DNA of 64,000 nucleotides from Armatimonadota bacterium (GTDB lineage Bacteria; Armatimonadota; Fimbriimonadia; Fimbriimonadales; GBS-DC): NCBI GenBank assembly GCA_037444405.1, contig JBBIML010000016.1, positions 15,875 to 79,874 of the forward strand, read 5' to 3'. Shown piece by piece: positions 59,596 to 64,000 of this stretch (position 1 is its first letter; each line of letters starts with the position of its first letter). The notes under the pieces were generated by a model. It saw only the letters and a program-made list of their open reading frames with translations, ran no database searches and was not told where the DNA came from. The position numbers and the translations under genes were made by a program.

Positions 59596-61280
59596 AACTG
59601 CACGCCGAGTTTGAGGCTGCCGCTGTAGCGCGGGCGGTTCGGGTCGGCACCCTGGTCGGCGCGGGGCAGGTGCGCGCTCGCTTCCAGTGTCAGGTAGAAG
59701 TCGCTCAGCCGTTGCGTCAGTCCCAGTTTGAGCGCGACCTCGCGCAGGAAGGCGTCGCGCTGCCACTCGGTCTGCTGGAAGGTGAGCGCGAACAGCGTGG
59801 CGGGGTTCAGTTGGCTCTGCAGGCTGAGCGTGTAGCGCCGTTCCGTGAGGGGCTGGGCAATCGGCTCCTGCTCGCTGTAGCCCGCTTCGAGCGCGAGGCG
59901 CCCTGTTTGCCAGCGCAGGCGGTAGGCTTCAAACTGGGTAGGCTGTGGGCGTCCTTGCTGAAGCGGATGGCGGGCGAACTGGGCGCCGAGCGTCAGCGCG
60001 AACGGCGTCCGCCACTCCCACTCCAGCTGCTGACTGCGCAGGTTCAGACCGAGCCAGCCCTCGTAAGCGCGTTCGCTCAGGCGCATCTGCATGCCCCTGA
60101 GCGGGTTCAGCTGCAGGTGATAGCCGCGCATCTGCCCCGCCTGCTCCTGAATCTGGTACTCGCCGCTTAGCTGCAGGTTCGGATGGGGCTTCGCCTGCAG
60201 TTGAATCTGGGCGGCGCCCAGCGCGTCGTCCTGTCGCCAGTACTGGCTGAGTTCGACGCGCCCCTGCAGGCTCCCGGTACCGCCCTGAAAGGCGACGCGG
60301 CTCTGCTCGGCGCGGGTGGAACCCTCCTGCGTGGTCTGATGGCTCAGTTGCACGGCGGAGCCGACCTCCGTGCGCACTTCGGTCTGCACGCGCGTCTGCT
60401 CGCCCTGCTGGATGGTCTTTTCCTCCACGCGCACGCGAATCTGCTCATGCGGCTGCAGGCTGAGCGCGACCCGGTCGGTGAGGTTCAGCGGCTGCTGGCT
60501 GGTTTCGCTCATCTGGCGTTCGAGCTGGAGGCTGAAGGCGGGCAGCGTGTACTCCAGCCCTGCGCCCCACTGCTGGCTGGTCGCCTGCGGATTCTGCAGC
60601 GGTCGCTGCTGGAGCCAGTGGATGCGCGTGCGCAGGGCGCGGTCGGGTCGCCATTCGAACTGGGCGCTGGCTTGCTCCTGACCGCTAACAACGCCGTAGG
60701 CGCGCGCATCGCCGAACGCCGGCTCCGCGCGAGCGAACAGCAGGCGCAGGTCGAACCCCTCAGGGCTGCGCCACTGCGAGCTGACGCGCACCAGGCTCGG
60801 CATCCGCCGGTCGGGCGACTCGCGCAACAGGTAGAGCGCGTCGGTCTGCGCCTGTTCGGTCTGCCACGCCGCACGGATGCCCAGCTCGCTCTGCATAACG
60901 CCCTGCTGGTTGCGCAGGCGTCCCTGCACGCTGAGCGACGCCGCGCCCAGCCGCGCCATCTCCGCCTGGAACGCGACATCGGGCGCCGCGTTCTTCTGGG
61001 AGCGACCGGGCACGATGCGGTAGCCCACCCGCGCGCTCACCTCGCGACGCAACGGCTGCGCGAACCGAATCGTCCCGCTGGCGTAGTCGATCCAGTAGTC
61101 GCGCTCGCGCAGGAGCAGCCGCTCACCGACCAGCACAATCTCGCTGCGCTCGACAATCCGATTCCAGCTGAGGGTGTAGGGTCCGACGACGCCGCGTCCC
61201 TGCAGGCTCTCGCTGATCCAATCCTGCGCTGCCGCGCATGCAATCAGCCATGCCGCGACCAGCCAGCCCAGTCGTCGCAT
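59592..61280 (-). CDS. Putative outer-membrane beta-barrel protein
   Basis: Signal peptide, DYWIDYASGTIRF motif, long alternating beta pattern and a C-terminal Phe (LGVQF). Confidence 0.7.
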   Translation of the reverse strand: MRRLGWLVAAWLIACAAAQDWISESLQGRGVVGPYTLSWNRIVERSEIVLVGERLLLRERDYWIDYASGTIRFAQPLRREVSARVGYRIVPGRSQKNAAPDVAFQAEMARLGAASLSVQGRLRNQQGVMQSELGIRAAWQTEQAQTDALYLLRESPDRRMPSLVRVSSQWRSPEGFDLRLLFARAEPAFGDARAYGVVSGQEQASAQFEWRPDRALRTRIHWLQQRPLQNPQATSQQWGAGLEYTLPAFSLQLERQMSETSQQPLNLTDRVALSLQPHEQIRVRVEEKTIQQGEQTRVQTEVRTEVGSAVQLSHQTTQEGSTRAEQSRVAFQGGTGSLQGRVELSQYWRQDDALGAAQIQLQAKPHPNLQLSGEYQIQEQAGQMRGYHLQLNPLRGMQMRLSERAYEGWLGLNLRSQQLEWEWRTPFALTLGAQFARHPLQQGRPQPTQFEAYRLRWQTGRLALEAGYSEQEPIAQPLTERRYTLSLQSQLNPATLFALTFQQTEWQRDAFLREVALKLGLTQRLSDFYLTLEASAHLPRADQGADPNRPRYSGSLKLGVQF

Positions 61281-61371
61281 ATCGATAATGATTATACCCG
61301 CTGGCGAATGCAACGCGGACACGGAGTGGCTTAAGCATCTCGCTCAGGCTCTATCAGGTATGATTCGGGCG

Positions 61372-62241
61372 ATGGCACGAACGCTGTTGTGGACGATTTT
61401 GCTGGGTGGCGCGATGGGGCTGTGTGGCTGTCAGTCCGCGCCCGCGCCGACCGCCAGTTCGCCATCCAGCCCATCGGCGAACACGCCTGCGCCAACCGCT
61501 CAGCATCAGTCGGACAACCAGAGCAAACCCATCCCCATCTACACCTATCGTGTGGTGCGCGCCTATCCGCACGACCCGCAGGCGTTCACGCAGGGGCTGC
61601 TCTTTCACAACGGCTATCTGTACGAGGGCACGGGGCTGGAAGGGCAATCGTCGCTGCGCAAGGTGGAGCTGCGCACAGGACGCGTGCTGCAGATCAAGCG
61701 GCTCGCGCCCGAACTGTTCGGCGAGGGAATCGCGCTCGTGGACGACAAAATCTATCAGCTCACCTGGCGCAACGGCATCTGCTTCGTGTATGAGCGCGAC
61801 TCGTTCCGCGTGCTCAATCAGTTCTCCTACACTGGCGAGGGCTGGGGGCTAACCTGGGATGGCAAGCATCTGATTATGAGCGACGGCTCCGACACGCTGA
61901 CCTTCCGCGACCCGCAAACCTTCGCGGTGGTCAAACGCCTGCAGGTCCGGGCGGATGGCGTGCCCGTGCGCAACCTGAACGAGCTGGAGTATATCGAGGG
62001 CGAAATCTACGCCAACATCTGGCAGACCGATATGATTGCCCGCATCTCGCCCAAAACAGGCGAAGTGGTCGGCTGGATTGACCTGACAGGTCTTTTGAGC
62101 GAGCGCGAGGCACAGAACGCCGAAGTGCTGAACGGCATCGCCTACGACCCCAAAGAGAAGCGCCTGTTCGTAACGGGCAAGCTCTGGCCCAAACTGTTCG
62201 AAATCGAGCTGGTTCCACTCAAGGACAGAAACGCGAAATAG
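61372..62241 (+). CDS. Glutaminyl-peptide cyclotransferase (lipoprotein)
   Basis: Lipobox LCGC, HDPQAFTQGL, FGEG, GEGWG, NELE and VLNGIA. Confidence 0.94.
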   Translation: MARTLLWTILLGGAMGLCGCQSAPAPTASSPSSPSANTPAPTAQHQSDNQSKPIPIYTYRVVRAYPHDPQAFTQGLLFHNGYLYEGTGLEGQSSLRKVELRTGRVLQIKRLAPELFGEGIALVDDKIYQLTWRNGICFVYERDSFRVLNQFSYTGEGWGLTWDGKHLIMSDGSDTLTFRDPQTFAVVKRLQVRADGVPVRNLNELEYIEGEIYANIWQTDMIARISPKTGEVVGWIDLTGLLSEREAQNAEVLNGIAYDPKEKRLFVTGKLWPKLFEIELVPLKDRNAK

Positions 62242-62632
62242 CTTCGGGAGCCAGTCCCAACCATTCCGCTTTATCCAGCCCCGACAAGGAACAGTAGCTC
62301 ATTAAAAAACGCGGCTCCCCTGTCGCCCTCTCGCAACGGAACGCCTTGACCCAACCATCGCTGCACACCGACACGGGGGCTGACCAGAATCTGATAGACC
62401 TCCAGATATTGAGTTAGACTAAAACTGCCCATCACATAATCCCCCCAAAATAAGCGGCACCGATTGCTTGAACCCTTTGCTCCGCTCCATCGCTTGCTTC
62501 ACCGCCGACGCCTGTCGATCTAACCACCTGCGCGCGCTTTCCGTTTCTCCGTCCTGGGTGGTTCTGAAACCACACCCCCTCGCATCCCTCGCGTTCTAAC
62601 CGATCCCTCTTTCCTCACGAAGGCATGCCGGG

Positions 62633-63136
62633 TCAGATAATCTCTATCGGTATCTCCAGCCTGGAAGTACGACCCCGCCACAACCGCTTCGCCTGTACCA
62701 GCCCACCCCGCATCCGCGTTGAGTCATACCATAACACCAACCGATACTGACCCTGTGAGAGCTGGTAACCTATCTCCCATAAACTGAAAGCATAGCCTCC
62801 CAAAAACCCAGCATCAATCGGGATCAGGTCTTCATCCCGAATGGCACGGCGCTTCACAATAACCCCGCGACGCTTGCAAGGAACTAACTGACTTCCTCTC
62901 CAGACCTCGATTTTGAAAGGGGCAAGAATATCATCCGCCACCCCCGAAGGTTTGGAGAAAGCCAGATAGAGCCGCTGATGCGAGCGGTTCTGTAAAGCCA
63001 CCCCGATCCGTATCAAATGCCCGCTCCTTACCCGCGGTTCCAACCACGCCAGCAAGGCAACAGGCATATCCTGCGTCTGATAGAGAGAAACCTTTTCACC
63101 TTGTTGCATCTCTCGTCGCCTCCTTACTTCGGACAT
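62633..63136 (-). CDS. Putative immunity/accessory protein for the adjacent Rhs toxin
   Basis: Overlaps the toxin stop and has an Ig-like beta pattern. Function inferred from position only. Confidence 0.5.
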   Translation of the reverse strand: MSEVRRRREMQQGEKVSLYQTQDMPVALLAWLEPRVRSGHLIRIGVALQNRSHQRLYLAFSKPSGVADDILAPFKIEVWRGSQLVPCKRRGVIVKRRAIRDEDLIPIDAGFLGGYAFSLWEIGYQLSQGQYRLVLWYDSTRMRGGLVQAKRLWRGRTSRLEIPIEII

Positions 63137-64000
63137 GGTGGTGCCTCTGGCGAGCGGTACAGATACCATTCGCAGCGGAGTGCGCCTGGTTCATCCGCAC
63201 CACACTGATGCGCCATCTCGTGAGCAATTGTCGATCCGAGACAGCCGCATCCCTTCGGGTTGTTGAATGCGGCAGGACACAAAGCAATCACACCACCTAA
63301 TGAAGTAAAGGCGCAACAATTTCCACAGAATGCTCTGCACTCACCCTCAGAGAGACACCGAATCAGAGCGCCGCTTTGACACATTCTCTGTAGACATCGC
63401 CGCATCGGAGTGTTGCCACCGACTCGGTGGAGGCAAAGGTCATCAAGATGTTTCCTGATCTCCGCAATTTGAGAAGGCGTACATCCGATGATGTTCCATC
63501 CTCCAGCCCCGTGATAGATGATGGGATCCCGGGGTAAGTTTGGTATGGGTCTACTGGATAACCCATTACGATCCGGCGGCAATACCGGTGGCGTTTCCTC
63601 ACACCCTCCAGCACACCCCCCATCCACCAGCGGGGAACACAGGCTCTGCCAATATACCACACAGACACACGCCGCCGGCACCTCGCTCTGAACCGCCAGC
63701 CCGTTGCTGTCCTGCGGATAATAACCCCACGGCTCGCCCGCTTGCGTCATCATCAACAAAGTGCCCCCAGTGTGCGCAAACCGCTAGTTCCCATTATACC
63801 CCAGCGCGTTCCCAACAGGCAGGTAATCCTCCACACTTGCCCACCTCTCGCTCCCTATCGTCCGACTGTACACCCGCATCGGCACGCCCCCACAGCCTAT
63901 CCGACACACATACCGATACTCCCGCTCAGCCAGACCATCCCGCTTCCACACCCGCACACCATCACTATTGTACCCATACTCATACACTGTCTCCAATCTG
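63124..64000 (-). pseudogene. Rhs/YD-repeat protein 3' end with Cys-rich HExxH metallopeptidase tip, interrupted by an in-frame TAG
   Basis: YEYGYNSDGVRVWK (YD-like), TAG at 63784-63786, then the same frame continues RFAHTGG...TIAHEMAHQCG. Confidence 0.72.

Noticed and set aside
62242..62632. Possible gene remnant or ncRNA in the intergenic gap
   Set aside because: No ORF, motif or stable structure that I can support.

Overview
GC-rich bacterial chromosomal window. It most likely comes from an Armatimonadota/Fimbriimonadales-like organism, inferred from the C-terminal dockerin-like GDxxGxxxxDDADLLxVLFxFG repeats and the prepilin/H-X9-DG protein. Most of the window is housekeeping: nfi, rplY, rpoN, hppA, purM, pilT/pilC, oligoendopeptidase F, glnD, trpC, mgtE, rarA, ftsH, hom, accB, dnaA, folB, and tRNA-Gly(TCC) and tRNA-Gln(CTG). 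Several small accessory islets interrupt it: (1) a decayed Rhs-toxin/immunity plus toxin-antitoxin patch at 7.9-11 kb; (2) a single Schlafen/AlbA_2-ATPase gene flanked by a 99-bp perfect duplication of the tagA/wecB 3' end; (3) a three-gene small protein / CorA-like 2TM / TPR-CHAT protease cassette; (4) a lower-GC two-gene secreted operon that looks like a split vitellogenin/MTP-type large lipid-transfer protein; (5) a collapsed type I R-M locus between two convergent tRNAs; (6) an Rhs/metallopeptidase toxin pseudogene at the right edge. Also notable are a sigma factor fused to a degenerate GGDEF domain, a candidate switchable structured 5' leader, three REP-like palindrome families, and recurrent GG-TAnnnT motifs 6-8 nt before start codons, which suggest leaderless mRNAs. 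All assignments come from motif recognition by eye. No database searches were run.
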